Virus record (IMG/VR): IMGVR_UViG_3300022241_000068
DNA: 64,000 nucleotides
Direction: 5' to 3' (one strand)
Source: an uncultured virus (IMG/VR IMGVR_UViG_3300022241_000068)
Lineage: Duplodnaviria > Heunggongvirae > Uroviricota > Caudoviricetes
Made by a program: the position numbers and the translations under genes. Each line of letters opens with the position of its first letter. The first letter of the stretch is position 1. Positions 1-10,310 of the stretch are shown here, in pieces. The notes beneath the pieces were generated by a model that was given only the letters and a program-made list of their open reading frames with translations, made no database searches and was not told the DNA's origin.

Positions 1-2810
1 TAGTTACCTATTAAGGATGCACCTTGTATTCCTGTATTACTATTTATATATCCTCTATTTAACTCTTCATTAGCAGCAATATCTGCAAGAGTTTGTTTGT
101 ACATTTTCTTTTGTCTATTCCTATCAGCAATAGACATTACCATGTCAAATATTTTAAAGGGTATATCTGCAATTCCAGCACCAGCTTTAATTAGTTCTCC
201 TACTTGTGCATGTTGAATATCACCTCCATTCTGGAAACTAAAGAATTTTTTTTTTAAATTTGGACTTTGGGAATATAAGTTATTACTGTAAACACCTCCA
301 GTTCTCAATGCTTTATCTCTATTCTCAAGAGGATCCCTGTATACAGAACCTGTTATAGCATTGTTATAAGGATTATTATATATAGGAGATATTACATTTC
401 CTCCTATTTGATATGACATAGATTGTTGATCATTCTGTTTTATTCCCCATCTGGATCCAATATCCATTACAATAGGACTTTGGAACCCTGGTCTAATACC
501 TACACCCCATCTAGATCCAATATCCATAATAAGAGGATTAATACTACGAGTATTGTCATAACCTACACCCCATCTAGATCCAATATTCATACTAAAAGGA
601 TTACCAAAAGATACAACTTGTGAAGAATTGGGGGAAGACGGTTGTTGTGTAGTTTGTGGATAAGTATGATTCTGTAAATCATTCATTTGATTAATAAAAA
701 AAGGATTAGTAGCCTGAGAATTTTGTTTGACAGGTGTATTATTTACAGAAACATTTTTAAATTGATTGAATTGGTTTTGAAAATAAGTATTTAAATTATT
801 ATTATTATTTTTTACTTCTGATTGGGTTTTTATTTTTGCCGCAGGTTTAATAGTTCTAGGTTTATAACCACCTGGATCAAAAATACCACTCATGATTTGG
901 CCCTCTATTGCTTTTACTCCAGCAGCATTCATGGTTTTCCAATCTCCAGATCCTTTCTTTCTGGTCTTCCATGTACCATCTTCTGCTTGAAGATATTCAT
1001 AAGGATCTCCTTTTGTCTGTAATATTTTACCAGAAGCCAATCCTGTATTAGTGTAAGAACTATTATCTACTCTGTTTGGTAAATCATATATTTCCATTAA
1101 ACCAGATCTCTGAGGAGTATTTATACCAGCACTGTAAGCATCTGGACTAACTTGTCCTTGCAACATTAATTGTTGTTGCATTGGGTGTTGCATATTTACA
1201 TAAGGATCATTCCATGCATAGCCTCCATCTTGCATTTTTCTTTTCTTCTTTACTTTACCTCCGCATTTATACTGATCAGGTTTTTCTTTTTTAAGTTCAT
1301 TAATGCCTTTGATGATTTCTAGGTATGGAGATCTTGAAGCTTTATTTCCTTCAATTGCTAAAGTTGCAAAAGCATCATTTTCTCTGTCTGTAACTTTATA
1401 AGTAGACTTAAGTTTAGATGCTAGATCTGCTGGTGTAAATTTGTTAGTGTTCATAAAGTCTAGGAATTTAATTTCTTTTGGGGCAGAGCTTACTTCTGTT
1501 TCTGAATACTCAATAGGAGTATATCCTAGAGATATGTCATTTAAGTCTACACCTTTAAATTTTTTATTTTTATATAGTGTTAATTTTGGATCACGTGAAA
1601 ATATGTATGCACCTTCAGGAAGAAGTTCTGTAACTTCATCATCCTTCATGTGCTTATGTCTTTTTTTAGCTTTTACTGGAGTAATAGTTCCATCTTCAAA
1701 TGCTATATACTCACCTACTTCTGCTTGTAGTGGAACCATTTCTGGACTTTCTACTTCTCCACCTTCTTGGTATTTCATTGGAATTTCAGTAACATAAGAT
1801 GCTCCAGGGAAATTGTAATTATTTCCTGGCATCATCATTCTTCTTTGTCCATTGTTTCCTATACCCATAACAGGAAAAGGAGTATTTCTCATTGTAATTT
1901 GATTAGAAGGAATTATGTTATAAGGATTATTCATTGAAGGATAACCAGGAGTATATCCTGTAGAATTTATCATACCTCCTTTTTGTTTTTGATATTGATC
2001 ATAAGCTTGATAAGTATCTGAAGCTTTTCCTGCTAAAGAGGCCGCTTGCATGGTATTTGTAAAATTATTTAAAGATCGAACTTGTCTACTAGTTTTAGCT
2101 AAAGTTGAAAATCCTTTAGCTGTTTTTCCAATTTTACCAAGTAAAGGTAAAGCACCTACTATCTCTAAATATGTTTCAGGACTCATTCCTGATTTTTTAT
2201 ATGATCTATATACATCATCATAAGAAGAAATACCAGTAGGGTCAACTATTTCAAGAATATTTTCAAGATTAGAATCTGGTTCAATCGCCCCTCCTTTTTG
2301 ATAACCATAAAACCCTTGTTCTGCAGTAAGATCTTGTTTAGGTTTATTAAGATAATCCATGTATCCTTGTTGCCCTTGCATTAAACCCATTAAAGGTCCT
2401 GCCATAGCCTGAAACTGAGCAAAGTTATTTACATTACTATCTATTTTAGCTTTTTCAGCTTCATACTGTGTAGTTTTAGCAGTATTTCTCCTATCTACTC
2501 TATCATTGGAATAATGATCAAATCCAGAATTAAGAGTATTAGGTCCTGTAGTAGGTGCAAACCCAAACATGCTATTACCACTAGAATTCACATTTCTAAA
2601 GTTATTAAAAACATTAGGATTGTTTGAATTATACTGATTTTGATACTGTTCTAATACAGGAGCCGTTGGAGTATTAGTATTTATATAATTCTGTTTACTT
2701 TGTTCTAACGTATTTGTAAACTGATTTATATCTTGTTGCATAGAAGAAGGTAACAAGTTTGACCATCCTCCTGATTGATATCTTCTTCTATTCTGTAATC
2801 TTTTGCGCAT
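1..2810 (-). CDS. Large virion cargo/ejection-like protein (partial, runs off left edge, >930 aa)
   Basis: Not in the ORF track. ATG at 2810 (MRKRLQNRRRYQSGG...) stays open to base 1 in my reading. N/Q-rich, with ~8 [YFKM]-[QK]-x-G-G motifs. Lies directly after the tail stabilisation gene, as crAss-like cargo genes do. Confidence 0.7.
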   Translation of the reverse strand, partial: MRKRLQNRRRYQSGGWSNLLPSSMQQDINQFTNTLEQSKQNYINTNTPTAPVLEQYQNQYNSNNPNVFNNFRNVNSSGNSMFGFAPTTGPNTLNSGFDHYSNDRVDRRNTAKTTQYEAEKAKIDSNVNNFAQFQAMAGPLMGLMQGQQGYMDYLNKPKQDLTAEQGFYGYQKGGAIEPDSNLENILEIVDPTGISSYDDVYRSYKKSGMSPETYLEIVGALPLLGKIGKTAKGFSTLAKTSRQVRSLNNFTNTMQAASLAGKASDTYQAYDQYQKQKGGMINSTGYTPGYPSMNNPYNIIPSNQITMRNTPFPVMGIGNNGQRRMMMPGNNYNFPGASYVTEIPMKYQEGGEVESPEMVPLQAEVGEYIAFEDGTITPVKAKKRHKHMKDDEVTELLPEGAYIFSRDPKLTLYKNKKFKGVDLNDISLGYTPIEYSETEVSSAPKEIKFLDFMNTNKFTPADLASKLKSTYKVTDRENDAFATLAIEGNKASRSPYLEIIKGINELKKEKPDQYKCGGKVKKKRKMQDGGYAWNDPYVNMQHPMQQQLMLQGQVSPDAYSAGINTPQRSGLMEIYDLPNRVDNSSYTNTGLASGKILQTKGDPYEYLQAEDGTWKTRKKGSGDWKTMNAAGVKAIEGQIMSGIFDPGGYKPRTIKPAAKIKTQSEVKNNNNNLNTYFQNQFNQFKNVSVNNTPVKQNSQATNPFFINQMNDLQNHTYPQTTQQPSSPNSSQVVSFGNPFSMNIGSRWGVGYDNTRSINPLIMDIGSRWGVGIRPGFQSPIVMDIGSRWGIKQNDQQSMSYQIGGNVISPIYNNPYNNAITGSVYRDPLENRDKALRTGGVYSNNLYSQSPNLKKKFFSFQNGGDIQHAQVGELIKAGAGIADIPFKIFDMVMSIADRNRQKKMYKQTLADIAANEELNRGYINSNTGIQGASLIGN
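445..590. repeat. Three ~60-nt-period direct repeats encoding M[DN]IGSRWG
   Basis: CCCCATCT[G/A]GATCCAATAT[C/T]CAT at 445, 505 and 568. Confidence 0.85.
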
Positions 2811-5800
2811 TAGTAATGATGTTCTTAGTGTAAAGTTTTAAACTTGCAAATTTATCAAAAATAAATCTATATGTAAAGTAATTATCAAAAAGTATTCTAT
2901 TTTCATACGATACTTTATCCAGAGCTTTGAAATATTGTATATTTGTAGGAGACACATCTGGTAAACATGTATCATTATAATTTACAATAGGTAAATTAGA
3001 GTCACCAGTAAAGTCATAAAGCTCATTAAATCTCCATTGATTAGCTTTCCATTGTACTTCTATCTCACCTTTTCTCTCTTTTAACTTATCATATTGATTT
3101 TCTTGATCCCTTTGTTCTAGATTAATATATCCTGTAGTCTGATGAGTATTCCTTAACCAGACTTTATTGAAGGTTTCTCTCTTAAAAAGGTTAAGTCTAT
3201 CACCCTCTCTGGCTTCTGTATTTAATATAGTACCTTTGTATTTGATACCAGCAATTTCACTAGAAGGCTCTCTTGATGTAAACTCTAATATATATGGGTA
3301 ATAAGTTCCATAATATGTTTGGTAACTGTCATTATTATCATGTATCCATATAGAGTTACCATTAGAAGTGTACATATGATCTCTATCCCATATATAGAAT
3401 TGAGGAATATATGAATGATAGGATATCCAATTCTTTCTACGTAGATCATAAGATAACGTGAAAGAAGAATTTCCATCAGATTTAGTTATTAAAAATCTAT
3501 TTAACCTGGGATCCAATCCTAAAGAGTAATAATTACTACCTGGGACCTTTTCTTGTAGACAATCTTTCTTATTGCAGAATTGAATATAGTCTTTAAAGAA
3601 ATTGAACATTCCTGCTGCAGATATTTCCTCAATACCTTCTGCATATCTGTATACCTTTTTAGCATCATAATCTACCCAGAAATATCCTAAAGAAGTATTT
3701 ATACTATGATTAGGATCTGATAAACCTGCATACCCTTCTACAATACCATCAAATAAAGGCATAGGTTCACTAAGTAATCCCGCTTGTCCTAATAAGAGCT
3801 CTCCTGTAGAGGAAGGTATAGTTTGTTTACCATACTGCAGCACATACATGTTATCAGTAGTATGAGCTATAAATTGATTTTTAACTACTAACAGTTTCTT
3901 AAGCTTTCCAGAATTGGCAGGGATAGTTAATAACTGATTAGCATTAAAACTCTTATAAGAATCTGTTTCTGAAGTTAATATTTGTTTATTAGAATAATAT
4001 ATTTCATTATTTGTAAAACTATCACAATCATCACAGTCACAAGTATTGTAAGGTTCTGGCATTCCATAGAATACTTCAGTATCATTTATCTTAGAAAAGT
4101 CATTACAGTAAGCATGATAATTATCTTCAAAGTTAGTTATCTGACATCCACAATCAGAACCTTCTTCATCTGTTTTACATTGTGGAATACCTACCATCTT
4201 ATCTAAATAATCATTAGTAAATACTTGCTTATTAAGCATGTACCACATAGCATACAACATAGGAAACTCTACTAGATTCCCTACAAATTCTGTTCCAGAT
4301 GCTATATCAAATAAATTATCAATTCCTAACATAGGAAAGATAATATTTATTAAAGTTCGTATAAGAACTTTTTTAGCTACAGACCATTTAGAAGGTTGTT
4401 CTAACCTACAATAAAATCTATTGATAAAAGATTCTTCCCATGCATGAGTCTTTAACTGATAAACATCAGAATCTAACTGTAAAGGTCTTATATCAGGATA
4501 AACTACTTCTCCATTTTCTCTGGAACCTATAGCCCTATAAGCAGGGTTAACTTCAAATTCTCCCCAATATATAATTAAAGTCTTTACAACTTTTGGAAAA
4601 TAATAATCAGTTTCAGGTCCTTCAGCAGCTATTGATAATTCTCTTTTTTGAATTCTTCTATTAGGAGAATGTAATCCAGCATAATTCTTGGCATCAGCAG
4701 CATCTCTTTCTTTAGGTAAAGTTGTATGCACCCATGTTCCAAGTTCTGCTAATAAAATATCCTCTGGAGGATCACAAACGGATCTTTCTTCCTTCTTTGT
4801 AACTTCATAACCTACTGCAGCCTGTCCTCCAGGGATATCAAATTTATTACCTACTTTGTCAGATACAAAACCAGTTCTTCTGAAAGTATAAGGTCCAATA
4901 AAAATGTCCCCCACAGGACCTTGTATTGAAGAACCTTGGTTTTTGCTAGCTTGTAAAAGTGGTATATATACCAAACCAGTTAAGTCTCCATACTGATTGG
5001 GTAAGTCTCTTTTTAATGTTACATAATGAGCAGCAGCCTTTTCAATAGGTACTGCGTGATCAAATACATCACCTATAAAACTATTATCTGAACTAGAAGT
5101 CAGACCTTTAGTTAATGCTGGTAATGTACCATCAATCCATACAGAAGATTCTCTATACTTATTCATTAAAGGAATAACTCCTCCTTTAGGAGGAGAAATA
5201 ACTGAATGAGCTCTTGCGTATGTTTTATATTTTGGTTCAATAATATTTCTAGAAGCTGGAACATATTTATTTAAATTTATAAATTGTCTAGTTCCTGCTT
5301 GATCTATTCTTGTTCCATAATATTGATCATCAGGTTTTTTACCTTCAGCATATAAACCATATCTAAAACCTTCTCCATAATATTCTAATTCAGGAATAAC
5401 CTGAGTGAAGTTTAATGCTAATTTTCTAGTATTAGTATCTAAAGAATGAAAATTAAATGATCCCCCATCTAGATCAGATCCATAAAGTCTAGAACCATTT
5501 ACATCTATATTCCTATCAACTCTTTCTTTGGAATTAACAGCATGTCTTGGAAAGGCATAATACTTGTCATTGTTAGTTGCAAGAAATGTTTTAGTTGCTA
5601 GACCTTTTGCTATGATAGTTTTATTAGAGTCTGTTCTTTTTACATATAATATAGTAAAAGGATTATCGCTATCTAAAGGTTTAGACAATTCTTCTTTAGA
5701 AGGAAACTCTATGTTATCAAATCTTACACCTAATAATCTTACATAAGCATCAGATAAAGGATCTGCTTCTGGAGTTATCTTGGAAGGTACACCTGTACTC

Positions 5801-7725
5801 TTAGAAATATAGTGAGGTTTCTCATATGTATCTGGGAACTTGTGGTGCTTTATTGGAGTACCAGCTAAACTTCCATATATATATTCTCCTTGGCAATTTT
5901 TAAAATCAGGATATACTAAATCTTTTTCAAGTTCAGGTCTCGTATTTCCATAAGATTTAATCTTAGGATTATCTCCTGTAAGGTTTACTCCATTAGCATC
6001 ATAATACTGAGAACCAAATTTAGTAGGCTTTAATCCATCTAAACCATTATCAGCTATAGCTTGAAAGATATCTCCATCAGTTCCTGAAGTATCTTCATAG
6101 CTAGTTTCATTATTTACTTTTATTTTCTGTTCCTGATATTTTAATCTCTCTCTATTTTCTACAGCTTGTATAATCTTAGCTGCACCTTCTTTAATTTTAG
6201 TAGGAGTAAGAGTTGTTGGAAATTCATCTAAACCTTCAGAAGCTCCATACTTTGCTAACAGATCTTGGTATTTACCAGATACTTCCTCTACTCTAGCCTT
6301 TTCTTTATTACAAGCTTCTTGACCTTTAGAACATTCTTCACAAGTACTTAAAGCTTCACAAACATCACTCATTTCTACTTCCCAAGCTTTTATTAAGTCT
6401 GCTATGGGTTGATATACTTCACCTTGAGGATTTGCTACAGTATCATCAATAGGACTTCTGGTTCTTTCATACTTACCTTCTTGGGTAACTTGAAAAGTAT
6501 TACCTGAAGATCCTGCATTAGAACTTTGTCCACTAGAAGCATTAGAGTTTGCTCCAGCTCCAGCAGAAGCTGGTATATGGAATACAGGAGTAGAGGTTCC
6601 ATCACAATAATTCCACTTAATACCATAAGCATAAGTCTCTCCTCTCATGTGAGATTTTAAACCTAAGCGTTTAGCTTCTTCCCAGGTATATTCATATTCT
6701 ACCCAGTTAGTTTCTATCTCATTAGCTCTTCTCTGATAGTCAAGATTCTTTATTTGCTTTATGTTATAAAGATAGAGTCTTCCATCTTTCTGCATTAGGT
6801 CTTGACCCTGTATGTATGTATTTTTCTTTATAAGAAGTTCTGATATATCAATAGGCTCTCCCTCTGTACCATAATAAGTATAAGAAGTTGATCCAGCATT
6901 GTAATGTAGGTGTGCTAGTCTTCTAGCACTTGTTATTCCTCCAGAAGTTATAATTACTGCTAGTTCAATAGCATCATATTTACAATCTAAGGAAGATATG
7001 TTTATTTCAATGTACCCTTCAGATCTTTCTCCACATACATTATTTTCAGATCCTATATAAACAGGATCTGTCACATTATTCCAATTAGAATAATTATTAT
7101 CTCTATCTTTTAATCTTCCTACAAATTGATAAGCCCCTTGTGGAACTTGTCCACCTTTATCATAAGATATTGGAACAATCTTAGGAGTTGCTACACATTT
7201 AAATACTCTGAAATAATCACAAGTTCTGTCTGAACATTGTTTCTTCTCTTCTTTAATAGTATCTTTCAATGCTTGTTTCCTTACAGGATCCAGCATCTCA
7301 TCAATGTTTAACCAATAATATTGACATCCTGATGACCAATATACAAAAAGATCATCACATGGAAACATTGTTTTAAATTCTCCATATATCCACTCACACT
7401 CTTTAAATCCCCAATCACAACCAAACTCTGTATCAGAAGCAATAAACTTAGAACTGCAGTCTTCATGTGAAAGAAGATGTAGTTCACCATTTTTTAAAAA
7501 TACTAAAGTAGCATTTCTATCTTCTATATAAGAAGAACCTACTATAGTCTCACCATAATCATGGCATAGTCTATTAGAAGATTCATTAGAAATATATCCT
7601 ACTTGATTATAATCATCTATTGTAGCATTTAATGCATACTCATAAGTTTCATTATTTTTTGCATCAGGATGAGTATCTCTATCTAAATGTTTAAATGTAT
7701 TTGATATTAAAATATCTCTACTCAT
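2788..7725 (-). CDS. Tail stabilisation/muzzle protein (crAss-like)
   Basis: 1645 aa. N-terminal 'YEYALNA...SNE', internal 'MRGETYAYGI' and 'IKHHKFP', C-terminal 'FTLSY...WISYHSYIP'. Follows the tail tubular gene. Confidence 0.8.
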   Translation of the reverse strand: MSRDILISNTFKHLDRDTHPDAKNNETYEYALNATIDDYNQVGYISNESSNRLCHDYGETIVGSSYIEDRNATLVFLKNGELHLLSHEDCSSKFIASDTEFGCDWGFKECEWIYGEFKTMFPCDDLFVYWSSGCQYYWLNIDEMLDPVRKQALKDTIKEEKKQCSDRTCDYFRVFKCVATPKIVPISYDKGGQVPQGAYQFVGRLKDRDNNYSNWNNVTDPVYIGSENNVCGERSEGYIEINISSLDCKYDAIELAVIITSGGITSARRLAHLHYNAGSTSYTYYGTEGEPIDISELLIKKNTYIQGQDLMQKDGRLYLYNIKQIKNLDYQRRANEIETNWVEYEYTWEEAKRLGLKSHMRGETYAYGIKWNYCDGTSTPVFHIPASAGAGANSNASSGQSSNAGSSGNTFQVTQEGKYERTRSPIDDTVANPQGEVYQPIADLIKAWEVEMSDVCEALSTCEECSKGQEACNKEKARVEEVSGKYQDLLAKYGASEGLDEFPTTLTPTKIKEGAAKIIQAVENRERLKYQEQKIKVNNETSYEDTSGTDGDIFQAIADNGLDGLKPTKFGSQYYDANGVNLTGDNPKIKSYGNTRPELEKDLVYPDFKNCQGEYIYGSLAGTPIKHHKFPDTYEKPHYISKSTGVPSKITPEADPLSDAYVRLLGVRFDNIEFPSKEELSKPLDSDNPFTILYVKRTDSNKTIIAKGLATKTFLATNNDKYYAFPRHAVNSKERVDRNIDVNGSRLYGSDLDGGSFNFHSLDTNTRKLALNFTQVIPELEYYGEGFRYGLYAEGKKPDDQYYGTRIDQAGTRQFINLNKYVPASRNIIEPKYKTYARAHSVISPPKGGVIPLMNKYRESSVWIDGTLPALTKGLTSSSDNSFIGDVFDHAVPIEKAAAHYVTLKRDLPNQYGDLTGLVYIPLLQASKNQGSSIQGPVGDIFIGPYTFRRTGFVSDKVGNKFDIPGGQAAVGYEVTKKEERSVCDPPEDILLAELGTWVHTTLPKERDAADAKNYAGLHSPNRRIQKRELSIAAEGPETDYYFPKVVKTLIIYWGEFEVNPAYRAIGSRENGEVVYPDIRPLQLDSDVYQLKTHAWEESFINRFYCRLEQPSKWSVAKKVLIRTLINIIFPMLGIDNLFDIASGTEFVGNLVEFPMLYAMWYMLNKQVFTNDYLDKMVGIPQCKTDEEGSDCGCQITNFEDNYHAYCNDFSKINDTEVFYGMPEPYNTCDCDDCDSFTNNEIYYSNKQILTSETDSYKSFNANQLLTIPANSGKLKKLLVVKNQFIAHTTDNMYVLQYGKQTIPSSTGELLLGQAGLLSEPMPLFDGIVEGYAGLSDPNHSINTSLGYFWVDYDAKKVYRYAEGIEEISAAGMFNFFKDYIQFCNKKDCLQEKVPGSNYYSLGLDPRLNRFLITKSDGNSSFTLSYDLRRKNWISYHSYIPQFYIWDRDHMYTSNGNSIWIHDNNDSYQTYYGTYYPYILEFTSREPSSEIAGIKYKGTILNTEAREGDRLNLFKRETFNKVWLRNTHQTTGYINLEQRDQENQYDKLKERKGEIEVQWKANQWRFNELYDFTGDSNLPIVNYNDTCLPDVSPTNIQYFKALDKVSYENRILFDNYFTYRFIFDKFASLKLYTKNIITNAQKITE

Positions 7726-8711
7726 TATCTAGGATTATATGTTTGATTAGGATATTTATATATATTTGCTTTGGAACTTCTGTATAATTCATTTTCATAA
7801 TTATAAAAAGGAATTATCTTGTGTATGAAAGATTTTACAAATCTGTTCCAAACATCGTAGTCTGGTATTTGTAATTCTGCTCTAGCTCTTGAAATAAACT
7901 TTTCTCTAAGTTCCATTGCTTGTTGCCAAGCAATTCTAGTACCTTGAGAAAAATCTTCCATATATTTTCTATATAACATCTTCTCTTGAATGTACCATGC
8001 TACAGCTTCAATAGCTACAGGCTCATTAGGTATCATTAAATATCCATCTTCATCTATAGGTTTAGAAAAGTAAGATAACAAGATAGTTCCTTCTTGGAAA
8101 TTAACTATAATGTTAGGATAAGATATGGTATATTCTATTTCACAATCTACATTTAAATTTGCACATTTACCAATATGATAATCATTGTTAGCAAAAGAAC
8201 CTGTAGCAGGTTTCATTAATCTAAACTCAGGATGGTAAATAGAATACTTTCCTCCATTAGCATTAGTGTAATTGAAGAAATGTTTCATATAAGCTACCTT
8301 GTGTTCAGGATGAGAGTTTTGCCATAATCTATCTGCATTAACAATAATATCTCTACTAGAACAGTGATCAGTGTCTTCTGAACATTTAGGACATTCTAAA
8401 GTAACTTCTAAAGAACATCCCATTTGTCTATCTGTAAATGCAACAACTTCTTCTCTTAAGTGATCAGAACATTTTTCATCTTGTTTATATGCTGCTTGAA
8501 CTATAGTTTTAAAACCTGTAGGTAATTGGGCCTTGTAGTTTCTTACCTCTATTAAAGAAATCTTATGTATAAATTGTTCATCTGTAATAATTCTTGAAGT
8601 AGCATCATTAGCCCAAGCTATAATATCATTTTTATCTAGTTCACCTTGGTGACCAGATAATCTTAAATATTCTTTTACTGCAGCCTTTACTGATATTAAT
8701 TGAGTATTCAT
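7725..8711 (-). CDS. Tail tubular/ring protein (P22 gp4-like, crAss-like)
   Basis: 'IEVRNYKAQLP', 'G.ILLSY...PIDEDGYLMIP...EAVAWYI'; synteny. Confidence 0.75.
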   Translation of the reverse strand: MNTQLISVKAAVKEYLRLSGHQGELDKNDIIAWANDATSRIITDEQFIHKISLIEVRNYKAQLPTGFKTIVQAAYKQDEKCSDHLREEVVAFTDRQMGCSLEVTLECPKCSEDTDHCSSRDIIVNADRLWQNSHPEHKVAYMKHFFNYTNANGGKYSIYHPEFRLMKPATGSFANNDYHIGKCANLNVDCEIEYTISYPNIIVNFQEGTILLSYFSKPIDEDGYLMIPNEPVAIEAVAWYIQEKMLYRKYMEDFSQGTRIAWQQAMELREKFISRARAELQIPDYDVWNRFVKSFIHKIIPFYNYENELYRSSKANIYKYPNQTYNPR

Positions 8712-8718
8712 TTTTATG

Positions 8719-9084
8719 TTATAAAGTTCTTAGAGAAATTCTATAGAAACTTATGTTTAAAGTTTTATTATATAAAATATATTCTCCATCAAAATAAAAT
8801 TCGCCAGTTAAGAGAGGGTCTTTAGAAATAAATCTATTGCCATACTTAACAATAACTCCTGAAGAAATTATTTCTACAACTTCGGAATGTCTTTTCATCA
8901 TATAATACTTAGAACCATTTGTAAGATTAAACTGTACATCTGGTAAAGTATCAGATACTAAATATTCTCCTTTTATCTCATCGTAGTCTTTAACAGGTTC
9001 TAAACCTTTCTTTTCACATGATGTAAAGAATGTAAAGAACAATAATAAACTTGCTGGTAAAAGAGAAACTATTAAGTATTTCAT
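8719..9084 (-). CDS. Predicted lipoprotein
   Basis: Hydrophobic signal ending FFTS-C followed by EKK, a Bacteroidota-like lipobox. Confidence 0.6.
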   Translation of the reverse strand: MKYLIVSLLPASLLLFFTFFTSCEKKGLEPVKDYDEIKGEYLVSDTLPDVQFNLTNGSKYYMMKRHSEVVEIISSGVIVKYGNRFISKDPLLTGEFYFDGEYILYNKTLNISFYRISLRTL

Positions 9085-9518
9085 ATTGATGTATAATCTT
9101 TCATGGTAGGATCATTTGCAGAATCTTTAATAAACTTACATAAACCTCTTGCACCTATTATATAATCATTGCCTCTGTTAGGTTTAAATTCATATAATTT
9201 AGCATCTTTCAAATACCTGCTAATATTCCACTTGAAGAAATAATAATAACCATCAGTGTGAAGATTTAACAAGTATTTTATTTTACCAGTTTCATTGTAA
9301 TATTTCCAATCAACTTTCTTTTTAGAATTCTTTTCTGGAATGTGATGCCTTGCAATAAATATTCTACCAATGTTTCCCATTCTATAAGAATATTTTTTTC
9401 TAATAATTATATTAGATAATTCCCAAAAGAATTCTTTCAATATAGTCAGATACTTATCACGTGGTAAATCTCCAGTATAAGTTTCATAAGCATCAACTAA
9501 TGTCCAGGATTTTTTCAT
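9081..9518 (-). CDS. IHF/HU-like protein of the crAss-like tail module
   Basis: 'MGNIGRIFI', 'VDWK...TGK...LNLHTDGYYY.FKW'; position before the tail tubular gene. Confidence 0.6.
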   Translation of the reverse strand: MKKSWTLVDAYETYTGDLPRDKYLTILKEFFWELSNIIIRKKYSYRMGNIGRIFIARHHIPEKNSKKKVDWKYYNETGKIKYLLNLHTDGYYYFFKWNISRYLKDAKLYEFKPNRGNDYIIGARGLCKFIKDSANDPTMKDYTSI

Positions 9519-9520
9519 AA

Positions 9521-10243
9521 TTATTTCAATGGAGTTTGTGTAGGACTTACATCATCCTGACTGTTGTTTACAATATCTTGCACTTGCTGTTGTGCTCTAA
9601 ATAAACCTTGATAAGCTATATCATACATTAAAGGTATGAGATCAGAATCTAAAAGAAACTCTTTTTCCATAGGATCAAAACATGGATCTACTTTGTCATC
9701 ACATGAAGGAAACTTATATACATTAATAGGATCTTCAAATATTGCAGTGATAGTTATAAAGTCTTTATGTATGTCATTATAGACATATATAAAAGCTCCT
9801 TCACCAGTATTTTTTATTGTATAATAAGGTCTGATTCTTTCTGCTTCAAATCTTGAATTTCTTAAATCTTCAAATCTTTCCCATTGCAGGAAATCATAAT
9901 TAATATTCCCCGTTATAGAAGATACAGATTGTATCTTTATAAAAGAAGGGATAGCATACTTAGTTTTTAAAAATGTGCAGCCAGATTGTGGGGCGCATGG
10001 GCATTCATGTAAATCAACTTCTCGTAGTCCAATACAAGGTATAGTTTGATAATTAAATTTAGAAAGAGAATAACCCCTTTCTCTCAATTTCTGAGAAAGA
10101 AGTCTAGCTCTAAATCTTAATAAGTGCCAATATAGATATTCTAAGGAATATAAATTTTCATCAGATATTAAATTCTTATCAGCAATTATATGCAGGAAAG
10201 AAGATATTACTTCTCTGTTAGTATTGTTTATTATTTTTTCCAT
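9521..10243 (-). CDS. Neck ring/structural protein
   Basis: 'YQTIPCIGL.EVD..EC', 'ITITAIFEDP', C-terminal 'D..NNSQD', all typical of crAss-like ring proteins. Confidence 0.65.
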   Translation of the reverse strand: MEKIINNTNREVISSFLHIIADKNLISDENLYSLEYLYWHLLRFRARLLSQKLRERGYSLSKFNYQTIPCIGLREVDLHECPCAPQSGCTFLKTKYAIPSFIKIQSVSSITGNINYDFLQWERFEDLRNSRFEAERIRPYYTIKNTGEGAFIYVYNDIHKDFITITAIFEDPINVYKFPSCDDKVDPCFDPMEKEFLLDSDLIPLMYDIAYQGLFRAQQQVQDIVNNSQDDVSPTQTPLK

Positions 10244-10255
10244 TATTCACATAAT

Positions 10256-10289
10256 AAAAAGGTCCCATAAAAACTTTACAGGACCTTTT
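10256..10289 (-). terminator. Intrinsic terminator-like hairpin (possibly bidirectional)
   Basis: AAAAGGTCC / GGACCTTTT stem with flanking A/T runs, downstream of the phosphoesterase gene. Confidence 0.6.
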
Positions 10290-10310
10290 CTTTTAACAAA
10301 ATTAATTATA

